Shown: positions 28,819-41,180, numbered from the stretch's first letter. The stretch is 64,000 nucleotides of DNA from Candidatus Latescibacterota bacterium (GCA_965217865.1 CBDCJO010000002.1:4128001-4192000); one strand, 5' to 3'. The notes: generated by a model from the letters alone, not told the origin. Numbers and translations: made by a program.

Positions 28819-29850
28819 TCAGGCAGCCTTGTGGATGGTCTGGGATGTTCTTTGCCGATTGATTTCTATGCGGCGCTGCCGAGCCTCCTCCTTTCGACCT
28901 TGTCGGTGGTGAAGAATCTTTTGATGCTGGCCTTTATGCCTCTGAAGAGGCGTGACATACTGTATTGCCCCGTGATAGCGTTCGGCGTTGTAGCTGTGAA
29001 TGAAGGAATCAATCAGGCCTTCCAGTTGATGGAATGTGAAGATGTCCTGGAAGCGCAGCCAGTCGTATTTGAATGTCCGGAAAAAGGCTTCGATCCAGGC
29101 GTTGTCCGTGGGTGTTTGATATCGGGCAAACAGCTGCGAGATGCCCAGGTCCTTGAAGAATTGGGCCATCGATTTGGCCTTCATCTGAGATCCGTGATCT
29201 GAGAGGGCTGTCAAGCTTATGGGCCCAGTGTCCAGGTCCAGCAGTCCTTCGTTGGCAAGGGCTTGATCCCAGGCCTGTTTGACCTGCTCCACGGTCGCGT
29301 TGAAGGAGAGCTTCCATCCTACGATCTTCCTGGAATACACGTCGAGAATGGCGGTAAAATACAGGAACAAACCGAAAAATGGGATGTAGGTCAGGTCCCA
29401 GCTCCAGACCTGATTAGGACCTTCAGGTTTGACCTGGGGCTTGCTCTGCTTGACCGGCGTCCTCACCTGTTTCCTGCGTGCCAGACGTTCTTTCCTGGCC
29501 TGTCGGTAGAAGCTGGAGGCCGAGGCCTGCACTACCCCCTTCTCTGAGGCTACCACCGCCAGCTGATGGGGAGGCAGATCGGCATAGGTCTCATCCCTTA
29601 AGAGGGCCGGGATTTGCTCTTTCTCCTCCCTCAGCAATCCGTGTGGGGCCTCATCAGGGGCGGGCCCGGGCTTCCCATCCAAAAGCGGGTCCGACACCCC
29701 ATCCAGCTTCTCTTCTCGATCTCGCCGGCTCCAGGCACAATACCGCTGGAGGGGAAGCTGTAGGATCTCGCAAGAACGGGTGAGTTTCACCCCTTTCTCC
29801 TTGGCCCGATGGACCATTAAGAGGATCTCGCGTTTGACCTCAGCTTGCAC
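28819..29850 (-). CDS. IS3-family transposase OrfB (rve DDE)
   Basis: WSWDLTY, DVYSRKIVGW, SDHGSQM, NAWIEAFFRTFK. Confidence 0.9.
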   Translation of the reverse strand: MQAEVKREILLMVHRAKEKGVKLTRSCEILQLPLQRYCAWSRRDREEKLDGVSDPLLDGKPGPAPDEAPHGLLREEKEQIPALLRDETYADLPPHQLAVVASEKGVVQASASSFYRQARKERLARRKQVRTPVKQSKPQVKPEGPNQVWSWDLTYIPFFGLFLYFTAILDVYSRKIVGWKLSFNATVEQVKQAWDQALANEGLLDLDTGPISLTALSDHGSQMKAKSMAQFFKDLGISQLFARYQTPTDNAWIEAFFRTFKYDWLRFQDIFTFHQLEGLIDSFIHSYNAERYHGAIQYVTPLQRHKGQHQKILHHRQGRKEEARQRRIEINRQRTSQTIHKAA

Positions 29851-29873
29851 CCGGTGGCCCTTGATCGGGCCTG

Positions 29874-30209
29874 TCAGATCCCATTCACACTTTTTTTTAG
29901 CAGGGAAAGTTCCACAGATTGCTCAATGATCGTTTGCTCCAGGCGTGCCCGCTCTTTGCGCAGCTGCTCCACCTCCTCAGCCGATACCATCGGCTTGCGG
30001 CTCCGGCGACCCTTGAACTCCTTGAGGGCCCCGGACTTGACCGACTCACGAATACGCTTTAGATCCGAGGAATGAATGCCCCATTTCCGCAGCACCTGTG
30101 CAATGGGAACATCTCCCCGGCTGGCTTCAAGGAAAATCTCATACTTCTGTTCCGGGGACAAGCTCCTACGCTTCTTGACCGGGTCACTGTTTGAGGACAG
30201 TTGCTCCAT
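29874..30209 (-). CDS. IS3-family OrfA (HTH + coiled coil)
   Basis: RRSLSPEQKYEIFLE... followed by a leucine-zipper-like tail. Confidence 0.8.
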   Translation of the reverse strand: MEQLSSNSDPVKKRRSLSPEQKYEIFLEASRGDVPIAQVLRKWGIHSSDLKRIRESVKSGALKEFKGRRSRKPMVSAEEVEQLRKERARLEQTIIEQSVELSLLKKSVNGI

Positions 30210-30396
30210 CTTTACTCCTCCTGTGAGGTCAGGGATATCCCAAAATATGTATCCCTTCTCAACCCTACAGGCAACCAGGATCTTGCTTCGACCTTGCCCC
30301 CGTTTTTTCGGGCGATCTCAGACAAAAGATAGTACAACCCGCTCTCTCCAATGGGGCAGTGAATCAAGTATTCAGTATTTGAATACTTCAGGATCA

Positions 30397-31491
30397 TCAT
30401 TCGTCCAAACATTTGCGGTACCCAATCGCATGTTCTTTGTCAGCCAACCCGGTAGCAACCACACCCAGGGTGCCATCAGGCAGGATGTATGCTGCAGTTG
30501 CACCTGGCAAACTATATTCACGGTGGATGTTTTCCAACTCAGTCTGAAATCGGGACTTCAGAATCTGAGAGTTCGCCGAAACGGGCTGAAAGGTGGCTGT
30601 CACTGATATGAGACCGACCAGACCAAGCGAGAGAAATGCACCCTGACGTAGGCGAAACTCTCGAAGTCTTTCCGGATTGACCTGCATTTCTTTGCCAAAA
30701 CCAAATAAAATCGCGATGGACGCGGAGAACCAGGAAAAGGTATAAATGGTTTCACCCACTTCTGATAATTTCACGATTTCACCGGAAAAATTGAGCACCG
30801 CATGAAAAATCACCATCACCAGAATACTGCGATTCGTGTTGATATAAATCCAGGAAATTACGACACTCAAAAACACTATACCGCTAAAATGCAGCCAGGA
30901 TTCGAGCGTCCCGATGCCGAGATTCGCCTGATATGTACCAGGGATAAATGAGGCCGGTAGATGCCACAGTGACCAAACCCCGCCCAGAATCAAACTGGCA
31001 GTTACCGCACTGCATTTTGTCTGGAGGAGATCCTGGGCATAGCCCCGCCAGCCCAGTTCTTCGAAAAAAGGAACAAGGCTGATAATGGCGAGGGTCAGCA
31101 GATGATTCGATGGATCAGAGATAAAGGAAGCCGCCGATTCTCCCCAACCCAGACCGATGCCTCCGGTCATGCCGTCAATGGAGCCGGCCAGGACCTGCAG
31201 CAGAAATGGTAAACCAATGACGATGGCTAGCCAGACCAGGGACAGGCGCTTCACATCGATGATGCGATGCCAATAATCCTGGATTTCTTCCTTTGATTTG
31301 GTCAGATGGGTGAACAGAATTCCGGTTATGCCCGGACCCATCATAGCCAGCGTCAGCAAACCAAGCGATAGTGCCGGGTAGCTGCTCATATCCTTGACAA
31401 TCAAAATCCCGCACAAGCCCCAACTCAAGATAAAGGTCGTTAGGAAATAGATCCAGGGGCTTTTCATGTATGTTCTGTCACTTGAATTCAT
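30397..31491 (-). pseudogene. CPBP/Abi intramembrane protease fused to the N-terminus of a serine hydrolase, 3'-truncated by IS3
   Basis: EELGWRG, WSLWHLP, FHAVLN; then ...EYSLPGATAAY...GLAD (beta-lactamase-fold start) ending abruptly. Confidence 0.75.
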
Positions 31492-31524
31492 ACGTCATTT
31501 CCTTTCTTTATCTGGTTGTACCGA

Positions 31525-32404
31525 CTAAAAGTGATATAATGTTTGCATCATCATCGCGCGTTGAACTGTTTCGACCGTGAAGGGGCTATTTTTGGCATCT
31601 TCTAAAAGGATGTTGCTGACCCCGGTGAGTTGATAAGATCATAATCTTAGATATTTGGTACCTGATCTCCACGGCAACCATACTACTACGCAGGCCAGAG
31701 TCGGCCTTGAAAGCATTGAGCGATTTCGTCGCTCGATCAACTGTGTACCAGGTGTCGGCATAATTTTGATCCATAAAGTCAACACTGACCAGTCCCGATA
31801 CGGACAGTCGATCCGTGGCAGGTAATCCGATCATGTATTGGGCGGAATAAACACATCCATGTCGGGTCTCATCTTTTAAGCCCGCCTGGTTGTATTTCAC
31901 TGCTGTGGGATGGTAGGCAAGCGAGACGCCAAATAGCCCGACCGGAGAGGGATAAGCCAGCCTGACGTTAAGGGCCAGAGGGGTTTTCAAATTGGGCGAC
32001 CCTTCCAGTAATTTTCGTGTTTTGGCACTGTGTTTAACAGGAATTCCAAGCACAGAGTACTCTTCCGAGTGTCGGGTTTCACCAGCGTTGACATTCACAC
32101 TTGCGAGTAGACCCAAATTCGGACTGATGTAGGAGACTTCTATTCCCTCCAGCAGGGAAAGCGAGTATTTGAAGTTGTCTTGGGCGTATGATGCTTTCAA
32201 GATTGGTAAAGGCATTATATAATAGTCATCCGAGCCCACGTAGACATTTTCGCCACCAACACCTCCGCCCAGGGCAAAGTGCCAACCGGCTTCTTGTGCC
32301 GGCAGTGTTTGGGCGGCGAGCAAAACTGCGATTCCGATTAAGAGAATTTCAATGCGTTTCATCATGGTTCCCCTTCTTAATGAGTGGTTAATGGAGCAAT
32401 TCAA
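31525..32404 (-). pseudogene. MipA/OmpV-family outer membrane protein, frameshifted near the 3' end
   Basis: Signal peptide, YVGSDDY, YADTWY. The proper C-terminus LLEDAKNSPF...TLYHF* lies in another frame after about 31632. Confidence 0.75.
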
Positions 32405-33140
32405 CTTCGTTTCATTTTAACTGACACCATGCAGGAACACACATTGGGGAAATCTATCGACTTGTCCTATAAGCCCGAACGTACTGCAGCACAATTCAGG
32501 GTCTTAACCTATAGGATAGATCGTTCTTGTGAAAAAAAGATGTTTATAAACTGTTATAAATATATAAGATATTGGAATTGAAGATTTGAGCGAGGCAGAA
32601 CATGATAGGATTGAAAATATTCCCCAAAGGTGTGCTCAATTTGCAGAGTTTTATCGCGTCCCCCCACATTAGGCGGTACACATTCTATCGCAAGGCGTAT
32701 GCCATGGACTCCCAAGCGGTGAATCGGGTCTGTCACAAGTCGATAACATATTGATGTTTCATATGATATAGTTCTATCATCAACGAACCCTTTTCCCCGT
32801 GCAGCATAGCCGGGATGCTTGCCTGTAATTGCGCATCACTGCGTGAAATTGCACGGGACAGACAGGTTTGGACCTGTGGATGTCCAGGCGGTCCCGCGAG
32901 GTCGGGTATAAAAAATGTCTCCAGGTTTTCCTGAGCCATCGTCGGCAACCCGCCACCCGCTACAATCGCGGGACTGCCAAGATCAACTGTGGCGAGTAGA
33001 CCTCCACTCGAACTGGCGTTCCATTGGAGATGTGAAGCGCCGCAGATTTGCCGCAGAATCTCTGTGACCGTGCTTTAGCCGATAGTGGTTGAGACTTTGA
33101 TTTTAACTTGGAATTATTTTTTGAGCTTGAAGCAAACCCG

Positions 33141-33301
33141 TGCAATATCGCGCAGCTTTGCACAAAGGCAAACGCATTTCACAACTGAGATGAGGATATA
33201 AAAACAAAACGAAATTATAATATAACATATTGATATTTATAATCTTGAAGCAATTCAACCCTCTCAAATGGGTGTCCCCAGAGAAATGGCACACGCTTTG
33301 C
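33141..33301 (+). promoter_or_regulatory. sigma54 promoter with upstream activator site and AT-rich bend region (copy A)
   Basis: TGGCAC-ACGCT-TTGC at 33287-33301; putative UAS TGCAATATCGCGCAGCTTTGCACAA at 33141-33165. Confidence 0.8.
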
Positions 33302-33400
33302 GAAAGGGATTGAGCAGCAGATACTCAACCCTGCGAACGCTGAAATTCAACCGTAAACCAGAGGTCTCTTGCAACGGACATCCAACCTCGAGAGCGTTTT

Positions 33401-35716
33401 GTGAACCGCATAGCCAACATCATCGTCCGGTATCCAAAATCCATCATCCTGTGCTGTTCCCTCGTCACCCTGGTCATGGCCTTTGGAATGACGCGCCTGG
33501 AAACCCGTAACAACTACAAGGGTAACCTCCCGGCGAACGACCCGATCATCCGGACCAACGCACGTTTTGAGGAGGTCTTCGGCAACGAACAGATTATGAT
33601 GGTTGCCGTCGAAAGTGAAGCCCTCTTTTCGCCCGCAAGCCTGAAAAAGATCAAACGGATTTCGGACGCCCTGGCAACCGTCGAAGGTGTACCACAAGAC
33701 GGGGTGACCAGCCTCGCCACCCTCCCGGCGTCACAACTCGGCGGCTCACCTCCAGGGGCATCCTCGCTTCTAACAGCACTCCTGGAACATCCCGACGCAA
33801 GCGACACCTATCTTGAACAACTCCTGACCCGGGGTGTCCCCACAGGACGCCTGGTCTCTAAGGATGGGTCCACCGCCCTGATCCTGGTCCGGATCGCTCG
33901 AACCGCCGACCAGACCACAGTCGCTCGGCAGATCCGCGACATCGTCAAGACATTTGAAGGGCCGGAACGGATGTATACAATCGGCGACTTCATCGTGGCC
34001 CAGGAAATCGACGACGGCATCGAAGGCGACCTGCACACCCTCCTGCCCCTGGCGCTGATCCTTGTCGGCTTTTTTGCATCGTTCCGAAACCTGCAGGGCA
34101 TGGCGCTCCCGTTGCTCGTGATCCTGGGTAGCATCGTCTGGACCCTCGGCCTGATGGGCTATCTCGGATTCCACCTGAACGTCGTCACCTCAACCATCCC
34201 CATCCTTCTGGTCGCCACAGCCAGTTCCTATGGCATCCATGTGATCCATCGATACAACGGTGAACCTCATCACAGGGAAACCGCTACCCGCCGCATGCTG
34301 CAGCGGATTGGCCCGCCTGTTCTGTTAACGGGCATCACCTCCGCAATCGGTACGCTGACCCTGCTCCTGTTCCAGGTCACTTCGATCCGGGAATTCGGCA
34401 TCTTTGCGGCGGCAGGCATCTTCTTTGCCATGGTCCTGGCCATCGTTCTGGTCCCCGCCATTCTCACACTTCTAAAGCAACCCCAAAGACAGCGGAACCC
34501 GGATCAGCAAAGACGCTTTTCCGGGAGAGGCGCACTCCTGCACCTGGGCACCTTTTCTCTGAAACACAGACGTTTCGTGCTGGTGATGACGCTTTTGCTC
34601 ATCGCGGGATCGGGTGTCGGAGTGATGCGCATCCGGCTGGGCATCGATCCCGTCAAACTCTTCCCCAAACGACATCCGTTTCAGGAAGCGGCGCAGGTCT
34701 TCAACAACCGCTTTTCCGGATGGCGATATTTCAACATCATGGTCGAGAGATCCGAAGCCAATTCGGTGAAAACCCCGGCGTTTCTTAAGTCGATCCTGAA
34801 CTTTCAGTATGCCGCCGGCCGATTGCAGAAGGTAGGCGACACCCGATCCATTATCGACGCATTCCAGCACATCCATTCGATCGTGCATCCGGAAAAACCT
34901 CTCCCATTTTCGATTCCCGATTCACGGCAGGATATAGAGAACTCTTTTCGTCTCTACGCCGAGGCCAACAGTGGGCGCGGAGGCACCCCATGGATCGACA
35001 AGGACTTTCGGCGAGCGCGAATCACCGTCATGATAACCACGTCCGACCACGAAGAGCAACTGGACCTCTACCAGCGCTTACAGAATCTTGCCCGAACACA
35101 CTTTTCCGGGGACTACCGTGTTGCGTTCGGCGGTTCGGTGCTGCTCTGGATCGCCGGGAATCACTATGTGGCAATCGGCAAGATCTACAACATCGCAGCG
35201 GCCATTCTCTTTGTCTTTGTCTTTTGCGCACTCGCTTTCCGGTCCGCTTCAAACGGGCTCTTAAGTGTCATCCCCCTCGCCATCGCCACGCTGTGTACCT
35301 TTGGTGTGATGGGTTTTTGTGACATCCGCTTGAATATGGCCACGGCCATCATCACCTCGATTGGGGTGGGCGTCGGCGTAGACTTCGCCATTCACTTTTT
35401 GAGCCGGCTGCAGGAAGAGCGGGCAAGGGGACATACCCTGGATGAAGCAACCCGGCGTACCCTGCTTACCGCAGGCAAGGCGATCTGCTTTGACGTGGCC
35501 TCCAATATGTTGGGATTCATCGTTTTCGCCTTCTCCGGGTTCACACCCATTCAAAACTTGGGATGGCTGGTTTCGCTGACCATGGGAACCAGCGCCTTGG
35601 GGACCCTGGTGCTGCTCCCCCCCCTTGTGGCCATCTTCGGCGAAAAGAGAGACCGTCTTTCAGACAGGCCGATGGGGCACCTTGAACCCGAGGAACACCT
35701 CCATGCGGCAACCTGA
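33401..35716 (+). CDS. MMPL/RND-family lipid exporter
   Basis: Two MMPL halves; SSYGIHV, GVGVDFAIH, IREFG. Confidence 0.88.
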   Translation: MNRIANIIVRYPKSIILCCSLVTLVMAFGMTRLETRNNYKGNLPANDPIIRTNARFEEVFGNEQIMMVAVESEALFSPASLKKIKRISDALATVEGVPQDGVTSLATLPASQLGGSPPGASSLLTALLEHPDASDTYLEQLLTRGVPTGRLVSKDGSTALILVRIARTADQTTVARQIRDIVKTFEGPERMYTIGDFIVAQEIDDGIEGDLHTLLPLALILVGFFASFRNLQGMALPLLVILGSIVWTLGLMGYLGFHLNVVTSTIPILLVATASSYGIHVIHRYNGEPHHRETATRRMLQRIGPPVLLTGITSAIGTLTLLLFQVTSIREFGIFAAAGIFFAMVLAIVLVPAILTLLKQPQRQRNPDQQRRFSGRGALLHLGTFSLKHRRFVLVMTLLLIAGSGVGVMRIRLGIDPVKLFPKRHPFQEAAQVFNNRFSGWRYFNIMVERSEANSVKTPAFLKSILNFQYAAGRLQKVGDTRSIIDAFQHIHSIVHPEKPLPFSIPDSRQDIENSFRLYAEANSGRGGTPWIDKDFRRARITVMITTSDHEEQLDLYQRLQNLARTHFSGDYRVAFGGSVLLWIAGNHYVAIGKIYNIAAAILFVFVFCALAFRSASNGLLSVIPLAIATLCTFGVMGFCDIRLNMATAIITSIGVGVGVDFAIHFLSRLQEERARGHTLDEATRRTLLTAGKAICFDVASNMLGFIVFAFSGFTPIQNLGWLVSLTMGTSALGTLVLLPPLVAIFGEKRDRLSDRPMGHLEPEEHLHAAT

Positions 35717-37641
35717 GCTTCACAAAACAGAGAGATCGGGATCTCCGCCTGCTGCCTGCCTCTTACTTCCCGAAAACGCTTGGGAAGAAAAGACGGTTTT
35801 GCTATTTTGTTCCATAGTGGTTTTCCGCCCATCAAGTTATTCGATGGTTTTGATGTGGTTTTTTACGAATCATTCAGGATGATATCATGCAGATGACTTG
35901 GCCTCCATCGCATCACTTCGATCCAAGCAACGTTGGCGATCCGGAACGCTACGGTGGAATCGCGTGGACACAGTTCAACGAGCATTTCGAGGGCCTGTTG
36001 AACATCGAGTGGCGAAAGGTGAATGTGGGCACATCTTACCCGTGGTGGAGACGCCTGCTACGCAACGCCATCGTTCATCCAGTCTGGGATATCGTCACCC
36101 GATGGTCCTGGCGAGATGCCACTGAACGTTATATAACATGCGGCACAAAAGACAAGGCGGCCGTCCTGGCCGCCAAAAAAGTCTTCAGCCGGCTATTTGA
36201 GCTGAAGGAACCTTCTGAGATTGCAGAGAGACGCGAAGCGCTGGATGGAGACCTGGCGTGGAAGCAGGTGTTGGGGGAGCTGGGAGCGGCCTTTGGCACG
36301 GGCGGTCCCGTGCAATCCCACTTCGAACCCTATACTGCGCCAGCAGGTCCTGGGAAACGCGTACAGGGAGGTCGCGGGCGGGGCCACTGGCGCACCTACG
36401 ATGTAGCGGATGGGCTGGCGAACAACGATGTGCGGTCGATCTTTCAGGATCGTGAGGGGTATCTCTGGTTCGGCACGTCCGACGGCCTCAGCCGGTATGA
36501 CGGCCAGGAGTTTATCAATTTCACCACCGAAGACGGCTTAGCGGACAATATGATACGGTCGATCTTCCGGGATCGAGATGGGATTCTCTGGTTCGGCACC
36601 CGGGGTGGAGGTGTGAGTCGCTATGACGGTCGGGAATTCATCAACTTCACCACGGAAGATGGCCTGGCGGACAACAGAGTGTATTCAATCATTCAGGATC
36701 GAGAGGGGTATCTCTGGTTCGGCACCTGGGGTGGCGTCAGTCGCTATGATGGCCGGGAGTTTGTCAATTTCACTACGGAAGACGGCTTGGCGCACAACTG
36801 GGTGTGGGCGGCGCTTCAGGATCGAGAGGGGTATCTCTGGTTTGGCACCTATGGCGGCGGCGTCAGCCGGTATGATGGGCAGACGTTTACCACGTTCACG
36901 ACAGAAGATGGGCTGGTGGACAATCGAGTGGTTTCGATTTTTCAGGATCGTGAGGGGCTCCTCTGGTTTGGCATGGCAGCAGTCGAGGTGGGGGGTGCTG
37001 GGGGCGTGAGCCAGTATGATGGACAACACTTTACAACGTTTGTCACAGGAGATATACCCGGGAGCAATCAGGTGTGGTCGATTTTTCAGGATCGAGAGGG
37101 TGCTCTTTGGTTCGGCACCCTGGCCGGTGTATGCCGGTATGATGGGCAGGGGTTTACGACCTTCACCCCACAAGATGGTCTGGTAGCAAACCAGGTGCTC
37201 ACGATTTTTCAGGATCGAGAGGGTGCTCTCTGGTTCGGCACCCTGGGCGGTGTAAGTCGATATGATGTGCAGACCTGGACGATATTTACCACAGGAGATG
37301 GGCTGGGAGACAACACGGTGAGTTCGATTTTTCAGGATCGTAAGGGTGCTCTCTGGTTCGGGACCCCGGGTGGGGTCAGCCGATATGACGGGCAGAGCTG
37401 GACCACTTTCACCACAGAAGACGGGTTGGCGCATAATGCGGTGCAGTCAGTTTTTCAGGATCGAGAGGGTGCTCTCTGGTTCGGCACCCAGGTCGGTGTA
37501 AGCAGATATGATGGGCAGACCTGGATGGCATTTACCACCGCAGGCGGCCTGGCGGACAATTCTGTGCTCTCGATTTTTCAGGATAGGGAAGGAGATCTGT
37601 GGTTTGGCACTGAGGGCGGCGTCAGCCGATATGACGGACGG

Positions 37642-37666
37642 CCCCGTTCGACAAGCTCAGGGCAGG
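37642..37666 (+). repeat. REP-like element inserted in frame in a propeller blade
   Basis: CCCGTTCGACAAGCTCAGGGCAGG gives YDG-RPRSTSSGQA-WTT, versus YDG-QS-WTT in other blades. Confidence 0.7.
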
Positions 37667-38380
37667 CCTGGACAACGTTTACCACGGAAGATGGGCTGGT
37701 TACACGATAAGGTGCAGTCGATGGTACAGGACCGTGAGGGCGGTCTCTGGTTTGCAACAGCCGATGGCTTGAGCCGTTATGACGGTCGGGAGTTTACCAA
37801 CTTCACCACAGAAGACGGAATGGCAGACAACTGGGTATGGGCGGCGCTCCACGATCGGGAGGGTTATCTCTGGTGGGGGTGTGAGCCGGTATGATCCTCT
37901 GGCCCGTTCAGGAGAGACAGAGGGACAATTTATCAACTTCACCACAAAAGACGGGCTGGCGGACAATCAAGTGGTTTCGATTTCTCAAGATCTGCAGGGA
38001 CACATCTGGTTTGGCACCATGAGTGACGGCGTGAGTCGGTATGATGGGCGCTCCTTCCAGGCCATGAGCCGCCGGGACGGTCTTGCGAGCAATACGATAC
38101 GGTCGATTCTCCAGGACCGGGAGGGGAGTATCTGGTTCGGCACCCCGGGCTGCGGTGTGACCCGTTATCGTCCCCTGGCGCCTTCACCTCCTCCGGTTTC
38201 CATCCACACGGTGGTGGCCGACCGCCGCTACCAGGGGATGTCCGAACTGGCGCTTCCGTCTACGGTGGGGCTGATCGCTTTTGAGTTCGGAGCGCAAAGC
38301 TTCAAGACACGTCCGGAAGCGATGGTCTACCGGTATCGGCTGAGAGGCTACGGTGAGGACTGGAAGACCACACACACTAG

Positions 38381-40214
38381 TCCTAAAATAAGCGAATAGG
38401 CTTGTTGAGCGGTGTGTTATACAAGATTTCGGAGCATTTCAGACTTGTGACTTGGTGGAGATGATGTCTGGGCTGTTTTTGTGATTGTTTCGGCATGCGA
38501 TTGTCTAATTAACTGAGTTTGCGGACGTGTTTTAGCCGGGGTGGACGGACTTGTCCCTGTGATGTTACGACGACAGGTGCTGACATGGCAGTCAGGCCGG
38601 TTTGAGCCATCTGATTCTGTTCCAGGCCGGGAAGAAGTCAGTCATCCACCGGTTGTAGCCCAAGACACGATAGATGATCTGTCTTCCCCGGGTCACGATC
38701 TGGCAAGGGATCCAGATCAGATTCTGGAGGAAGGCGCGAAACTTCATTCTCAGAAGTTGATCGCGACGCTCACGCTTTCGGATCATCAACGCGAACCAGG
38801 CTTTGAGGTTCCACGCCAGGGCGGTCATGACCATGTAAGCCCAGTTGCTCATCAGGTTGTCGACGGGCATCCGCATGGCGTTGACCCCGTTCTTGAGTTG
38901 TTCAATCACGTTTTCCTGATCGCACCGTCGATTGGCCAGCCTCACGATTTCCGCGGCCGTAAGATCTTTTCGGGTGGTAATGTAGAAGAAATAGCGCTTG
39001 TCATCGAACAGGGCGTTTTCGCCGCGTTCGACGCTCAGGTTTTTTTCGAGGATCACGAGTCGACAGGTCTTCCTGCATCGAGCAGGACGATACGAAACCC
39101 CGGCAACACGTTCACTGGCAAGTCGGATGTTTTTGAAGCCGCGCTCCCGGATGATCCGGGCTTTCACGTTCTCGCGTTTCTGTCTCTGGGAGGTTTTGAC
39201 CTGGTATTTGGGTTGTCGTTCAAAGGGCTCCCAATCGCTCTGTGACAGGGATTTGGCGATCTTGACCAATCCCCGGTAAGCATCCATGCCGAAGACGAAG
39301 TCGACCTTTTCCGACCAACGATCGAAGTGCCGGGTGAGTGAGAAGCCGGTGTCTCCGCGCAGGCAGATGCGTTTGGCGAAAGGGGCGACCAGCGCGATGG
39401 CGCGATCGATCCACTTTACGGCACCGTCGTGGCTGGGCACATTGCCGGGTCGATTCACAAGAAACAACACCTCCCTGGTGTTCGCCAGAGAGACCACGAG
39501 AGGATGGTATCCCCAGATACCGTTGTATGACAGGGCCATGCCCTGCTTGCGTTCTCCGAGGGTGGTGGCCAGGGTGGCGTCGATGTCGATGAGGGCTTCT
39601 TTGAGTTCGCCCCTGGCGCGCTTTTTCCAGATCCGGGTGCGCACCCGGTTGATGCAATCCATCAACGTCTCGATATCCGATGGCCGGAAACGACGTGTAA
39701 AGTCGCCTGCTGTGGTCGGATCCGGGAGACGCTGAGCGCCCAAAGCGTTCAGGAACGTGGCATCCTGGCGGCGCAGCTCAATGTCTTCAAGGCGTTGACC
39801 ACCAACCAGCGCATTGTAGGCGATGTTCAGAACGTGGTCTGATTCGTGACAGGGCAAATGCACTTTCAAAAGATGAAGATGACGGTCAATCTCTTTCACC
39901 AGCCCAACCCTGCGGACCATGTGGTGAAACGCGCCGATCCCCCCACACGTGATCGCCTCGGCCTTCCCACTTATCTCGTAGTGGATGTTTCCCCCAGACA
40001 TCATAGGCTTGACCTGACTGCACCACTGCTTCCGACGCAAACGACGGACAATTCGTGCTTCCCTGTTCCGAAGAATCTTCCTATATTCTCTCATCTGAAA
40101 TGCCCCTTTTGATGGCCTCTTTTTGTCTTTCACACTACAACTATAGGCCTGAAAACTGGGGCATTTTCAACTTTTTTCTACTAAAACCAAGAAAAATTCA
40201 CGCTTGTATAGGGA
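38381..40214 (-). mobile_element. IS1380-family element with CTAG target duplication
   Basis: CTAG at 38377-80 and 40215-18; imperfect IRs TCCTAAAATAAGCG / TCCCTATACAAGCG. Confidence 0.9.
38592..40133 (-). CDS. IS1380-family transposase
   Basis: IDIDAT, GYHPL, LRGDTGF, RCDQENVIEQLKNG. Confidence 0.92.
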   Translation of the reverse strand: MKDKKRPSKGAFQMREYRKILRNREARIVRRLRRKQWCSQVKPMMSGGNIHYEISGKAEAITCGGIGAFHHMVRRVGLVKEIDRHLHLLKVHLPCHESDHVLNIAYNALVGGQRLEDIELRRQDATFLNALGAQRLPDPTTAGDFTRRFRPSDIETLMDCINRVRTRIWKKRARGELKEALIDIDATLATTLGERKQGMALSYNGIWGYHPLVVSLANTREVLFLVNRPGNVPSHDGAVKWIDRAIALVAPFAKRICLRGDTGFSLTRHFDRWSEKVDFVFGMDAYRGLVKIAKSLSQSDWEPFERQPKYQVKTSQRQKRENVKARIIRERGFKNIRLASERVAGVSYRPARCRKTCRLVILEKNLSVERGENALFDDKRYFFYITTRKDLTAAEIVRLANRRCDQENVIEQLKNGVNAMRMPVDNLMSNWAYMVMTALAWNLKAWFALMIRKRERRDQLLRMKFRAFLQNLIWIPCQIVTRGRQIIYRVLGYNRWMTDFFPAWNRIRWLKPA

Positions 40215-41180
40215 CTAGGCGTGTGGAGTACCAGGATCTCCCAAAAGGAAGCTATACGTTTGAGGTTGTTGCGGTGGACCGGGACCTGGCCTATTCGGAG
40301 GTGGCTGCTACGGTCGCGCTGACCGTGCGTCTGCCTTATGAGCGGATTGGGCTTCTGACAGCCCTGGGTATTGCAGTGGTGCTGATTGCCTGGCAGGCGG
40401 CCCGTATTGTACAGCGAGACCGGAGGCTCCAGGAATCGAATGAGGCCCTGTCTTCGGCCAACAAAGAACTCTTCCAGGCCAACCAGGCCCTCCAGAGAGA
40501 TCGTGCCGTGGAGCGGATCCGAAGGGAAGTACAGGCGATGGAGCAGTCCGCCGACTTCGAGAAAGTCCTCTCGGTGCTTTCTGAAGACTTGAAAGCAGTG
40601 GGCATGTCCTTTAATACCTGCAGCATCGACGTCTTAGATGAACTCGTGGACGACCCCTCGATGGCCTACTTTGAAGACCACGGTTTTCGCTACACCACCT
40701 TCAGCATCGATCCTGAAGGTACGGTCTCGCTGGAGGCCTACCACACCCCGGCGCCGTTTCCACCTGTGGTGCGAGAGACGGTTGAGCGTTTCATTGCGGG
40801 CGAGCCCTGGAGGGGACGCAGTGAACAGACGGTTATCCTGGAAGTGCCTACGGCCAGCTACGGCAGGCTGCGCATCACAGCCCTGGACCGACAAGACTTT
40901 ACCGAAGAAGAGGTGAAACCCTTGCAGGACTTCGCCACGGCCATCGCATTGGGCTATGCCCGGTTCCTGGACTTCAAGACGGTAGAAGCCGCCCAGCAGC
41001 GGGTGATCGAGGAGATGGAGAAGGAACTTCAGGTCGCCCACGATATGCAGATGAGCCTGCTGCCCGAAAGTGCCCCCTCCCTCGAAGGCATCGACCTGTC
41101 GGGCGTCTGCATCCCGGCCAATCACGTCGGCGGCGACTACTATTCCTATGTCTTCCTGGATGATGACAAGACGAAGCTAT

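Larger units (their letters stand above)
28700..30425 (-). mobile_element. IS3-family element (ends approximate)
   Basis: orfA/orfB pair. Truncates the CPBP-hydrolase gene at about 30425; terminal IRs not clearly resolved. Confidence 0.75.

Noticed and set aside
32400-33140. Short ORFs in the AT-rich intergenic region
   Set aside because: No RBS, motif or consistent coding signal.
36380-38170. Regular ~125-135-bp DNA repeats resembling a CRISPR array
   Set aside because: They are codon-degenerate, in-frame propeller blades with no unique spacers and no cas genes.
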